Shown in pieces: positions 11,313-23,700 of a stretch of 64,000 bases of DNA; position 1 is the first letter of the stretch, and each line of letters begins with the position of its first letter. Source of the stretch: Tetramitus jugosus (lineage: Eukaryota > Protista > Heterolobosea); contig OW569380.1 of assembly GCA_937625935.1 (NCBI GenBank), forward strand, positions 124,001 to 188,000, given 5' to 3'. The notes beneath the pieces were generated by a model. That model saw only the letters and a program-made list of their open reading frames with translations, did no database searches and was not told the origin of the DNA. A program made the translations under genes and the position numbers.

Positions 11313-12852
11313 TTACATAAATTCACCAGAACAAACCAATTTAGCCGATCTCTTGAAATACCTGAAGGGTACCAATGAACGTGACCTTGCCAAGTTGTTG
11401 TCATCGACCAACTTGAGACCCTGACACTGTGCTGTGGAGAAGTTCACCAAAATTCCAGCAACTTCATCAATCAAGACATCACTTCCATTTTCAAAGTGTT
11501 CCAAAATTGCACAAATGCCATCTGATATCCGTTAAACTGTTCATCTGTACTCTACACAGCATTAAAGAGTATTATTATCCTTCAAATCAATCAGATAATC
11601 TACAAGTGGAACAGATAACTCTGAAAGAACGAGTGTGTTTGAATCCAAATATTTGCTTCGGTTACCTGAAGTTTCGAAAGTATGGCAAGAGCTAATTTGA
11701 CACTTTCAGACTTCGGAAGTCTGGTTCTCATAGTTCTGGTTGACAATCCTTTCTTTGAGTGCACATCCAATGGATCCCCATAGATCTTGGACATACAGTT
11801 TCTACCAGTACCTCATTTAAGCTGTCAAAATTGGACAAAGAGAGACACAGATACAACAGCCAAGTAAACACCAAAACTATCAAACAGGTGTTGAACCTGA
11901 TGAGGGTTGGAAACACTGTTGGCAGTACAGTTGAAGAACGATAACTCAATAATGAACACAAGATATTTGGCGACTCAATAATGTTAGACATTCTGTACGA
12001 ATACGTACTCATCACATATCCTGAAAAATGACTGATACTCTATGATCTCGCAACTATAGGCATCTCCAGCTAGCAGGTATTGTTGATATACTGGAGTGTC
12101 CATCAAACGTTGAATCACTACTATCTTGTCTGTTGTTCGCAAACTTTTTCCCATTGTCGAGCAACGATGTGTTATGTAAAAGACTACCCGATCTTGTACA
12201 TATGCTTTAGATTCTGAGGAAGGGTATTCCTTGAGAGTTTTGATGCGACCAACAAGAATATTGTCCTTATTGTGTTCACAGAGTGAAAAAATAGTGGGAA
12301 CAAGCAAGCCAAAGGTTTATCCTTGGATGAAAGGCATTCGTATCGCAACTGAAAAGACAAGAATCCTTCTTCAGTTTGATGGTAATGGTTCTGTCCTCGT
12401 TCATCGAAAAGATATTCGTATTGGGATAACGTCATGGAAACGCAAATGTTGACAGGTATATTTTCCACATATCGCCGTTGGAAATTTTTACAAATATCAT
12501 ACTCTTCCTCTTTTTGACAAAGAAGTACCTCAGTTTTAACCATTGCATGTCTGTGAGATTGCAATAGCTTTCCATGAACGTTGCTTTGTTTTCAATTGAC
12601 AATCTCCTTCAAACGCAAAGATAGGACTCTGCTCTCAAAATTAGTACACAGATCATTGATAATACCAGTCACTAAATCATTTGATTTGATAGATGCTGTG
12701 TTTCTAGGAACATTATTAGTATGGCTCGGATACTCTTGCAATCTTCGGGATTGATACGGCTTGCAAACATCCACAAGAGCGACAATACACTGAATAAAGA
12801 AGAACTGGAAGGCTGTTGTTTTGCTGCAACGACACTTTAGGTTTAACGACAT
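11313..12852 (-). pseudogene. Degenerate DNA transposase, probably MULE-related
   Basis: Fragmented ORFs with GILVNFSTAQCQGL...YFKRSA (like the DFSxAQxxG...CxxHFxRS core) and TNN / CRC motifs. Many stops. Confidence 0.45.
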
Positions 12853-14136
12853 TTCAGTTTGAGCGAGGATTTTGGATCGCGTTTCTTTGTCATGATTTTT
12901 CTATGAAAAAACAGGTTCAACACTGCATTATCAGCTATCTGTCCACAAAGACATCAATATGAAGGGACATTTCCCTATTATTACTCTCGACTCAGCGTGA
13001 ACTGCTCAAACAAAGTCAGTCGAAGGAGGAGAATTGAAATTTAATCAACAAGGCAAGGAACAAAACAAGAGAGTTAAGTCTCATCAATTCAAGAATAATA
13101 TAGGGTGAAGACGCTATTGGAGCAGCAAACTTTATTTTCGATAATCACTCCGAGGCAATGAAAGCAAACAATATCAATCAACACAACAACATAGCAATAC
13201 AGACAACGGATAGAAGGCTAGTTTATATCAAGCTCCACAGACCAAGAACTAACTCGACAAAAGTACCACTACGCACTCAGCAAACGACAAATCGACAAGA
13301 TAATGCCTTAACAAGAGAAGAAATCGATGAGATGATCAGGACTTCAATAACCAAGCAATTAAGGGAGGTAGAATTGAACAACGAGAAACAATACAATGAA
13401 AGAATGACCATGATCAATGCATTGGAATCAAATTTCACTGAACTGAATGTTTGTATCACCAATAAAGATCACACCTTTTGCATTGAATTTCATCATTGTT
13501 TTTTGTTTGCGCACTAACTTATGAGTATGTTTCTTTCCACAGCGTTGACCCGAACTTGCAAAAGCGAGCATGCTTCACAACTTATCACCAAGAGCAGTTG
13601 CGCCAGTCTTTGTGGCAACTGAAAGCATCCAACTCTTTAACACCTCTCGCAAAGGAGCCAAACTCGTCAGACATTGACCAGAACCTTCACACACTTGTCC
13701 GTAAGGTCAACCGTCATGTGAGACAGTTCGACTGTCGTTGACTCTGTTCTAGTAAGGTGTAGTGCTCTATGTTCTGTGCAATTGCATGCAAACAAACTCT
13801 TCAATATGAATCATCACTTGAGATTCTTCAATAAAAGAATTTGTTACAAGACACAGTTCATTACACGGAATGAAGCACGACAAATTGGGACGTTCCCATC
13901 AACAAAATCAGTGGACATTGGATATGGCTTCAAACAAGGGTAATTGTCCATACCTTTCAATCAAAGCACGAACATTCCCACCATCTCAAATAAAACCGTG
14001 AATTCTTCCCACCAATCTGTCGCCATCTAAACGATACAAAACATTTGAATTGCATCGCTTGTGGGCATCTTTGTACATGCTTCTGTACTCCACTTCGTGA
14101 CTCTGTGCAAAAATCTCGAAGAAGATGAGAAGGATT

Positions 14137-14502
14137 TCAATTGAGGATATCTACTGCTACGAGATGATTGGCTCTTCTTCGGTGTGGCAATACGATAGGT
14201 TTGCACTCAAACTCGACCAATTTGTCAAATGCTCCCGAACTTTGTTTTGGGGACCATATCCGATCTAAAAACCATTCATCATCCACTAAATAAGTTCCAT
14301 ATCCATCACAAACTCTTGTGGCTTCTCCTACATGGCATAGTTTATGTATCTTCATGGTACACAAAAGTGTAGACCCATACAATGGTTCACACAAATCAAC
14401 AAATGCATCAAGCATTTTATCCAGAATGAACGTGTCAGAATAGTACAGAAATTTCTGATTCATCATCGTGTACAATTGGATAAACAGCTTCAAATGCTCC
14501 AA
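14137..14502 (-). pseudogene. EnSpm/CACTA-like transposase fragment
   Basis: LDAFVDLCEPLYG...CTMKIHKLCHV matches the F..LYG....xxHxLxH segment of EnSpm-type transposases. Confidence 0.5.
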
Positions 14503-14591
14503 TTTTCTTTCGGAAAAACTGAAAAGCAGTTAAAATTTTCTCTAAAGCAGTAAAGTTTTGGCCAAAAAACAACAAAATCACACACAATCAC

Positions 14592-14798
14592 ATGAAGAGG
14601 ACACAATCATCACCAACAAAGACAGGGCTCACACCGAAGAGGACCAGAAGACGAGTATACAAACCTAAATTAAACAACAACACTACTGAACACTCATTGA
14701 GAACAATTTATCATTGGAAATTAATAGATTTAAAGAAACTATGTCAAGAGAGAAGAATTGATGCAACATCAAACACTAAACTCGTACTTATTGCCCAT
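14592..14798 (+). pseudogene. SAP-motif ORF truncated by a retrotransposon tail
   Basis: WKLIDLKKLCQERRIDATSNTKLVLIA fits the SAP consensus. The reading frame then runs into retroelement 3' sequence. Confidence 0.5.
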
Positions 14799-15045
14799 AG
14801 GTCCTACCAACTGGCTAGGACTACGGAACCATCTGACCTCACCAGTGGTGCTCCAGATGGTGGAGACCCTCGCAACGAGTCCCTGAAGAAGGGAATTATA
14901 GCACAACATTCCAAGAAGAGAATGAAACCTGTTGCGTAACCTGCCACTCCACTGGGCAAGTACCACATCATGTTAGACAAGTGAGAGCAGGCAAGCCTGC
15001 TCTCACACATAAGACAAATAAAAGTTCCGAAACGAATTAAAAAAA
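14799..15045 (+). mobile_element. 3'-terminal fragment of the element-A retrotransposon subfamily
   Basis: Near copy of 47380-47615 in reverse complement, including RSYQLARTTEPSDLTSGAPDG, the hairpin tgagagcaggc-aa-gcctgctctca, AATAAA and an A7 tract. Confidence 0.9.
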
Positions 15046-15641
15046 CAACTGGATAAAGTCGCAGAATCATACCAACTGAAAAACGAAAACAATGCACACC
15101 GAATTTCGTCCTTTGTGTGATGAATTGATGAGCAAACTGATTCTTTTAGTGGAATAATGTGGCTCACCAATTTGTGTATCTGTCTCAACAACTCGAACTT
15201 CGAGTCAAAAGCGTCTCAACAACTTAATACTCCCATCTCCTAGCACAAAGAATCTATCCACCCTACTCTATTTTGAAGCAAGTACTTGCAACCCATCCAG
15301 CCCCATCTTCAAAATGTAGCCCTCGTGGAGAGGACCAATGGCAATCAAGGCTCGACATGTTCGCTGATAACAGAGATCGGAACTTAAAGTCAAAGAATTA
15401 ATCAATATTTGACATAAAAAAAATTGTTCAACTGGTTGAGAAGTCTGGAACATTTTGACTAATGATTCGAGAAGATATGAATTCAAAAGACTCAAAATTG
15501 TTGGAGCCTGTTTCTGATCATTTTTTATCTTTTTCTTACAAGTCAGGAACGAACAAAGAACAAACATACTTTATATCCAGATGGCCGTGTGCAAATGAAG
15601 ATCAAATCATCAAACATGTTCTTCAGAGAAGACAAAAAGAT

Positions 15642-15712
15642 CTCGAGCACCGGGAATCGAACCCGGGTCGCCAGAGTGACAGTCTGGAATGCTACCCCTA
15701 TACCATGCCCGA
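15642..15712 (-). tRNA. tRNA-Asp(GTC)
   Basis: TCGGGCA TG GTAT AGGGGTA GCAT T CCAGA CTGTCAC TCTGG CGAC CCGGG TTCGATT CCCGG TGCTCGA G, followed by TCTTTTT. Confidence 0.93.
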
Positions 15713-15768
15713 ATGTTGTTAATATTTGTATGAAAAAAATTCATGAGTACTTTGCCACAACAAAAAGT

Positions 15769-17580
15769 TGGTTTTCCGGAAGGAATTGTAAGACTTGTGA
15801 GTGGAATGGTTAGAGACAATTTTGCGCGAGTGCTCACGTCATCCTTGTCACGGAGGTTCCACATAGGTAAGGGAACGAGACAGGGTGATTCCCTCTCACC
15901 AACAACATATGTGCTGGTACATCAAAAAGTGCTGATGTATGTTAACAAAAGAATGGATGGATACAGGGCTATGTCACAAAGGCTGTGGAATGCTGCATAT
16001 GTAGATGAATGCAACTTGTTCGCTGAGTCCAGAGCAGACATAGAAAGAGCTGCAGAAGCGATGTCCTCAGTTCTCGGATCACTTAGGATGACCATGCATC
16101 CTGACAAGCTGGAACTGTATGTGAGAAAGTCGGAAGACGACAATTGTCATGACATAGCGGTGAATGATGCAGAATGGTTTGATAAAGTAAATTTGCTGGG
16201 CAGAAGTCTAGTGAGGCATGGATCTACTGCTATGCCGCGATTTCCGGTGGATATTCTCTCAGTAGGAGACGAAAAGGGGTTGATGGGCTTGAGGGACATC
16301 GAGGAGACCATCACGACCCGTACTTCGTGGTTCGTGTACTCGATGATAATTGGGAAGAGGGACACCGAGGCTAGACAACTGTTTCTTGGCACGCTTGAGG
16401 AAATCAAGCAAACACAAACATTCCAAAATGAGAATGTATTCCAGTCAAGAAACAGGCTTGAATTTGTCAAGCACTCCTACCTCAAGTGGTGTGCATGCAG
16501 AATGCACAAGCATGAAATACGTGTCACCAAAACTAATCCCTACTGTGATAGTTGTTGGTTGGCCAGGTATGTACCAAGTGCAATTCTCAAGAAGCAGGCA
16601 GGTATCACAAGCCGTGAGCAACTAATGGTGGACGATCACCCACTGTGTCTGAAGGAATTTAAACATATTTTTCCCTCCTGCAAGGTCGGAGCAATGTCGT
16701 TTGAGGTGCTGAAAGTGTTAATATCCCAAATGAGTGGGTGTGGATGCGAAGGGAAGAGGTCCATCGAAGGTGCAGAACCGGACTTGTACAAAGGAAATCT
16801 GCATGTGGAAAGTAGATCGCATCTACAGTCGCTGTTTGATCAAGAAAGAAGTGCAAGAATTGATGAAGACGAGCGATGTTGGCTACAGAGGGCAGCAAAT
16901 AACAGCGGTGCAGATTTTAGCTTCCTCAAATACCCCCATGGTATAGACAGGAAGATGGAATGGTTTCATGCACAGGTACGCAGTGGAACACTCCACACAG
17001 CAGAAGTTGTACGATATCTATACAACACTGGTGAGGAACAGATCATGTGCAGCTGGTGTCAGAGTGAGCCCGAAAGTGTACTACATTGTTTGATCAGGTG
17101 TCCAAGGGCCATTATGATTAGAAGGCAATTGGCTGTGAAAGTGGGGCATGAGCTCAAGAATATGGGAATTCCGGACTCTGCCTACGCCGATGTTTGGTTT
17201 GATGAGGTGCGACTGAAGGAAGGAAAGGTTGTGAGGCAACCAATCAAAAAGTCTAGCCGTGAACTGCTGCAAGGAATGATGGGCATAGAAACGGATGCCA
17301 TCATGGAGGTCGCTGAGGGTCTTATGTCTGGAGGAATGAAGAAGCCACTGGCACAGAAGAAAGCCAAAACATATGTGAACAGTGTCAAGAGGAGATGTCT
17401 TAAGACTCTCCACCACCTGTTCACTACAACGAAGGAGAAATGTAATCAACGGCAATGACGCTCTCCGAGAATCATTGCCTACCAACTGGTAACCAACCAG
17501 GGCCTACGCTCTTCGAGCGTAGGCAAGTGAATAAGCAAGACAATAAAAAGCAACCGAAATGGTTGTATTTAAAAAAAAAA
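15769..17580 (+). mobile_element. 5'-truncated non-LTR retrotransposon with poly(A) and 17-bp TSD, upstream of tRNA-Asp
   Basis: TSD ttgccacaacaaaaagt at 15752-15768 and 17581-17597. A10 tail at 17571-17580. RT motifs QGDSLSP and YVDE (mutant). C-terminal CSWC...HCLIRC zinc knuckle. Stop at 17458. Confidence 0.95.
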
Positions 17581-17597
17581 TTGCCACAACAAAAAGT

Positions 17598-17787
17598 CTG
17601 TCTGTGGACTGTAAAGAGGGCAATTACATCAGCTTACTGGTATTTCGGCTATCCGGAGAGAATCATTTCTCTCATCCAAAATATGCTTGAGTCAAATGAG
17701 TCAAGAATAGGAGCACAGTGTAAGTCCCGAAAGTTCTATGTTGATTGTGGAAATAGGCAGGGCGATTCTCTCTCACCAACCACATAA
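17598..17787 (+). mobile_element. Older 5'-truncated RT fragment stacked behind the 15769-17580 element
   Basis: AITSAYWYFGYPERIISLIQNMLESN...RQGDSLSPTT begins immediately after the distal TSD copy. Confidence 0.85.
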
Positions 17788-19159
17788 AACGGCTGATGGA
17801 CTTTTTGAAGAGTCACGATTGTAATAAGAAAGATTTAACGAAATTTTTCATTGATTCTAACAGAGGTAGAGAAACTTTGTTTGAAAAAAGATCATTTGTA
17901 CTTTTCAAAAAAGTATCACATACAATGCAAGCTCGAAGTTTGAGGTTTTGAACTTTAGAAAAGTTCTATCATCGATTTCAAACATAGTTACTTCGTTTGT
18001 ACGTCATTACCCTGTACGGATTTCTCAAATTTGTATAATGTGCTTCAAAAAGAACACTCTGAAATACCTTTTTCGCTTGATACAGATTTTTTGTACACGA
18101 GAACATAACGGAGAAAACTTAGGAAGGTAGCTTTCCACTATTCAAAAAAGATGATCGTAACTGCAACAAGCACGATCACCACAATATCATTTTCAGCAAA
18201 CTTTTAATGACTCTTTGTTGATGGTGCTGAGAACTCTATTCTACCACCAACACCAATAGCTACTAACCAACAACAATAACAACTTGCTCTCCAAAGCGCC
18301 AAAAAAATGTTAACCTCTGAAAGCAACATACTCTATTAAATAAGTATTTGGTTAACATGTCGTTGAATGAAATCAATCTTAATTCGAGACACGCAAAAAA
18401 ACTTTACTGCTTGTTGCACCAACGAGACACCCAACAGAATGGTGGGTGATACAGTCTTGGACTAGTCTGTGCCTCATTTTGCGTCTAGCTAAGTCCCCCA
18501 TGACTCGACAACCAGGAAGAATACCTTTTTCACTGGAAGGTCGTGCCCCCTTCGACCTTCCAGTGAAAATTGCACTGCTCATCCTAAGCAAACCACGATA
18601 TTTATGAAGGAGTAACAATGCACTCCACACACTTGATTTTCGTTTCCGCACATTGTGATGATATTGAGACATAACCAATTAAAACCAATGAAAATTTTTC
18701 TATAGCATCATAAGATGCAAGGGAAGAACTGGTGATCAGCGCACTTACAAGATTCGTCCTGTGAAAAATAACAGGACATGAAACAGGCCCGCTTGATGTG
18801 AGTTGCGTAGAACTTCAGAGCCAAAAAATTGGTCAGATAAAACTCCGACTGACCGGGTTAAAAACGGTGAAATGGAAATCCGATTTACCGGCAAATTCTT
18901 GGTGAGAATTGAGTGTTGTTTGATAACCATGTCACAACAAGGTTGTTTCGGGTTCTAAACCGAAAAAAAGTGTTTCCATAAGGGAAACACTCGCTGGACC
19001 ATAAAAACGATATTTTTCGGCGCAAAAGAAGATTGCCACTGTTATGACTCGAACACAAGACCTTGTCCACGGCAGTTTGATACTCTTCCATCGCAAATCG
19101 GAACGGATGCTATGGACTCTACAGCTCCACACCAATACCGCTTTATCTCGTTTAACGAA

Positions 19160-20545
19160 GCAGAAAAAACGGCATCACATGTGGTGATTCACAAAATTGG
19201 TGAAGGAATACGGCCACTATGCAGTGTAGATCACTCGCACACGGAAAGGCTCTGCGACAAGTGACAGAGGTTATCATTACTGGTAGTACGATAAGAATGT
19301 GGCGGCTGGCTCAACCGAGTCCAAGACATCAAGATAAGAGTCGAACAACGCTTTTTTGCTTGAGCGACTGTCAAGAGTGACCGCAACTACGAGTTTGTTG
19401 AGTTTTTCAGCAAACATAAGAGAAATGACAACAACACTGCTGCATTCAAGCGCAACTGGAGCCTGAAAAGATTGCTAGTGTACTAAAGAAGCGAGAAACT
19501 ATTTTCTAAATTATGGATAATATTATACACGAGTAGTGCTCAACCAAGATAACAATGAAAATACACGATCAATCAAAATATCGAGAGATCACATGATCCT
19601 TTAAATGATATAAGTAGAGGCTCACCAAGATATAAGAAGCATCGTTGGTAGTGATTGACGGACTGCGTAGTCATGTCGCAGATCTCACCAAGTACTGCAA
19701 AAGACAACGGGTCAAGGGCAAGAGAAGAAGAGTGAGGACGTCACTCACAAAATATAGTCATAAATGCACACATAAATGAGCAATCGTGTGCTTGTGCAGC
19801 AAGCACACATGGCTGTATGAAAATTTTTTTAACGTATCGCATGTCTGAGGTTGGTTAAGGAACAAAAACTAAATGAATAACAACAGTCGTTATGACATTT
19901 GCACCCCTTATCTATTCATTTCTTAATATTCCATGGCATGAAGAACATGGACATCAAGAAGCAGCTGGACCTGAGAAGGTTACCAGCGCACTCAAGAAAC
20001 ATGACACTGCTTTCGGGTCATGGGTGATGAACAAAGACCATTTGAAACGGCGAGAGACTGCATCATCTCGAGGATGTCAACAAGAGGTTGAAGAAGATGC
20101 AAACACACAAAAGGTATGGTTTGATTGAGGACGAATCAGTCATTGTGGATGTAGATGGCTCCGAAATGTTCAGAGCCAAAGCTCAATGACAATAAGAGGA
20201 GTGTTATGATCACACGAAATAATGCACTCACAAGAAAATAACAGATATCTGTGTGTCCATCGAAGAAGAGTGAGTGGCCTACGGGACGTCATTTACAAAA
20301 CTAGTCAATAAACGAGCAATCGTGGTCTTTCTGCGTAAAAGGGCCTTGCAGAAAACGTACAGAAGCTGTAAATACAACAATCGGTTATCTTATTCGAGGA
20401 AGTGGCTTCCTGATTAGAAAGACAGAGATAAGTCTCCTACAACCTAAGAGGGCTAATGTAATCTGCTATTTCTGCTAATATCCAACAATAAAGTTGGAGC
20501 AGGCCAAGAACGCACAACTCAAGTGGTGCGCGGAGAGCACACAAA
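19160..20545 (+). mobile_element. Highly decayed subfamily-2 retrotransposon (ORF1 plus ORF2 remnants)
   Basis: Nucleotide similarity to 8241-9281 (ggtgattcacaaaattggtgaaggaatacgg). ALKKHDTAF motif. APE-start remnant VSYNLRGL near 20435 and LKWCAE near 20520. Confidence 0.75.
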
Positions 20546-20797
20546 ACAAATATTTCCTACATACGGGAAGGAAGTCAATTTTATGAGCAGAAATCTCTCC
20601 CTTGTCTCCAAGAGACCATATGTAGATCAAGCACAGGGAACTTCTTAAAACGAATGGTAACTTTGGTATCAGTGCGATGAGATATCGGAACACTCTCTTG
20701 ACCTCGAAATCTAGGGTAATAGAATGCATGACCACAAAATTCGTTGTCGGCAGAACCACGTTCATTTACTCCGACGACACAAACTCAACAAACAAAA

Positions 20798-23700
20798 ATG
20801 AAAGAGCACTACAAAAAATTAGCGCAAATTGGTGTGCACGTGTTCTCGACCAAAGACATTCAGTCAAAAAAAAGGAGAATATTGTATTCATTGCATAATT
20901 GGAAAGAAATTGAAAAATATGGTAGCACCCTAACTAAAATATTAAATACCCACAATTTTCCTTCTTTTGTAATGACAAAGAAGGATAATTCTGAGTCGGC
21001 AGTCAAAACAAGTAACAACAATCAGAAACATTACATCACTTTTTCAACGCTCTTGTTTTTTGCAAGAAAATTTGATGCCACTGAACTCTGCAAAATCATA
21101 ACAGCGATTGCCGATAGCATAGGAACTAAAATTGCCCCCTTCCAAGTTAGAAACAAGCTTGTACTCCGACAAACTAAAGTAATTCGCAAGAGAAACAAAC
21201 ATCTTGCAGATACCCTGAAACATATAGCGGGCATCATCAAGATTGACACAAAATCTCAAATGCAGAGCAAAGCTCTTTTTGCCTTAGAGAGTTTCTCTAA
21301 ATGCAAACATCTGGCTGGATTAGCACCAGAGGCCCTAGTAATCGCACTCATTGAAAAATTTCAAAATGGAGAGTACATCAAAAAAAGAGAACGAAAGATT
21401 CTAGATGAGTTTGAGAAAGAGATATTAAGTCCAGAGAAACAATGTTTATTGTTCAATGGCATGCCAAAAGGACGAGTGGCACTATGGGAGTTTATGGCTG
21501 CAGTTTGGAATCCTCATAGCCAAAATAGCGAATGGAGATCACCATTTCCAACAGAATTTGGTAACAATCATCATAAATTTCCCAAAATATTTTTAAGCAG
21601 TAGTTCTATTAAGGAGCAGAATAATAGAAGGTATGAAATTATTGACTCAAAATTTCGACAATTCAAGCTGAGTACAAATGACTCCCTTCCAATCATTCAA
21701 AATCAATCTGAGAAGGAAAAAGAGAGAGAAACTTTTATCGAACTCGAAGATGATGCCATATGTCGGATACAGGGACAATCTTCGAACGGAGAATTATTCT
21801 CCGATGTTGTTATGGGACAATCTGTAAATGTCATGCCGCGCAAGGAAAGGCACTTAAGCAATCTCCTGAAAAACACCGACACAGTTACCCAAGACATTGA
21901 CCTCGAGAAACCATTACCAAAGATTACTCAACAAGAAAAAGGAATGTCTTATCCATCAAGTCAATCGTTTGTCATTGAAAGTACCTCCGAAAAAGTTAAG
22001 AAGAAACCTGGTCGACCAAAGAGGACTTCGGATGATAGAACGAAGAATTCCAGATGGGATTCATTTGAGGAGGAAAACCTGAAGAAAGCCTTTGAATTAT
22101 CTGAACACTTGTCTGGGAAGGGTAGGTACAGCGCAATTGAACTGATACTGTTGGAGAAGGGAGTAACCAAATCCATTGATCAGATAATCTCAAAGATCAA
22201 AAATTCAAAGACCAAATGGACTGTCAAAGCGAAAGAAACCATTATCGTTTCGCAGGACAATTCGCAAGGGATTTCTTCAGAACAATCTCCTCTAAAACGA
22301 CCAAGAGAAGACAAACTATCATCCAGCAACAAGCAAAGAAAGGGGAGCGATTCCGTAGATGAAGGCACAGGAATTTCAAGAACAACATCAAGTTTTGTGG
22401 AAATGATGCTACAGTGGTTGGTAGACCCAGACATCACATACAAGCCTCATACAATCACAGTGACAGAGAAGAGATTTCAGGAAATTCTTCAAAAGAATTC
22501 CGAAGTTATGTGGTTGACGAATGTCATTTCTCACCCAGAGAAAAAACAATACACAATAGGAGGTCCACGGGTAGTTAAGAAAGATGAGCTTGATGAGATA
22601 TCACGCAGATATCCAGAGTGCATTGCACATTGCAATGTCAAGAAGGATGACAAAACTGGAAATTACCATATCGCCTATAATTTCGTAGTTGCAGCAGAGT
22701 TTGTGCTTGGAGGTGACTCAACTTCTCTCTTCAAACACGGAAGTAACAACAACAAGAGAAATTTCACTCATTTCACGATCAAAAACCTTCGACAATCATC
22801 TCATTTGATTCATAGAGAGTTCAACCATCGGCTGATTGGGGTATTCGAAGGAAAGGATAAGCTTCCTGCGCTCCTTCAACTTCTGAAGGAGCTTACACCT
22901 CTTATGGCAAAGCACGAGAATGATGGTATTCTAATCAATGGACGACTCTTTGCAATCAAGTATCATTTCATAGGGGATTTGGTTTTTCTTCTGCAAATCC
23001 TTGGATTACGAGGGGTAGGTAGCAAGTGGTGGTGTCCGCGTTGCGAAATAGTGGGAACAACCAACTGGTGGGAGCAATCTACAGAAAGAAATTTAAATAC
23101 TGAATTGGTAACTCTTAGAAGAGGAAAAGAGTTAAAAGGACGATGCTCGTTTCCAGTTTTCGATTCTTGGCCGCTGAGTCGATATCACTTCTGCTCATTA
23201 CACGCTGTTTTAGCATTTGGCAGGGGAATTATAAAATCGTTAACATACAAGTGTATCAGAAGACAATTTCAAGAATCGACATCTGAACTTGAATGTATTG
23301 AAAAACTTAAGGACGTGGAACTGTTATTTCTCAACTATGGAATGGATCTGGAGGAGTTGGAGGGTGTTGCCAATTCTGATGACGCAATGAGAGATCTGAC
23401 GAATTTCTGTCAAAAGTACAGTATTTCTATCCACAAGGAGCTTATGGGGACTGTTGCTGAAATTCAAGAGTGGTACGGTAATTTGAAGAATCATTTGATG
23501 AGGACGATAGACTTTGAATCAGATAGAACCAGTCATCTATCACTTTTTCAATCTCAGTTGAAAATGAAAGGTGTCAATGTTGATTTGATGCAAGTTCTTT
23601 TGGGTGACTCTTTGTCTTTGACAGGAGATCATACCCTGAACCTGTTGCGCAATGTTTCCTATTTCAAAGAAGTTGCAGGACTCTCTGAAGATGAACTGGA

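Noticed and set aside
15743-17458. Functional 571-aa reverse transcriptase gene
   Set aside because: It is 5'-truncated, has YVDE instead of YxDD, carries an internal deletion, and its start codon comes from flanking DNA.
19060-19150. tRNA upstream of the decayed ORF1 copy at 19160
   Set aside because: No cloverleaf or proper TTCG T-arm could be built on either strand.
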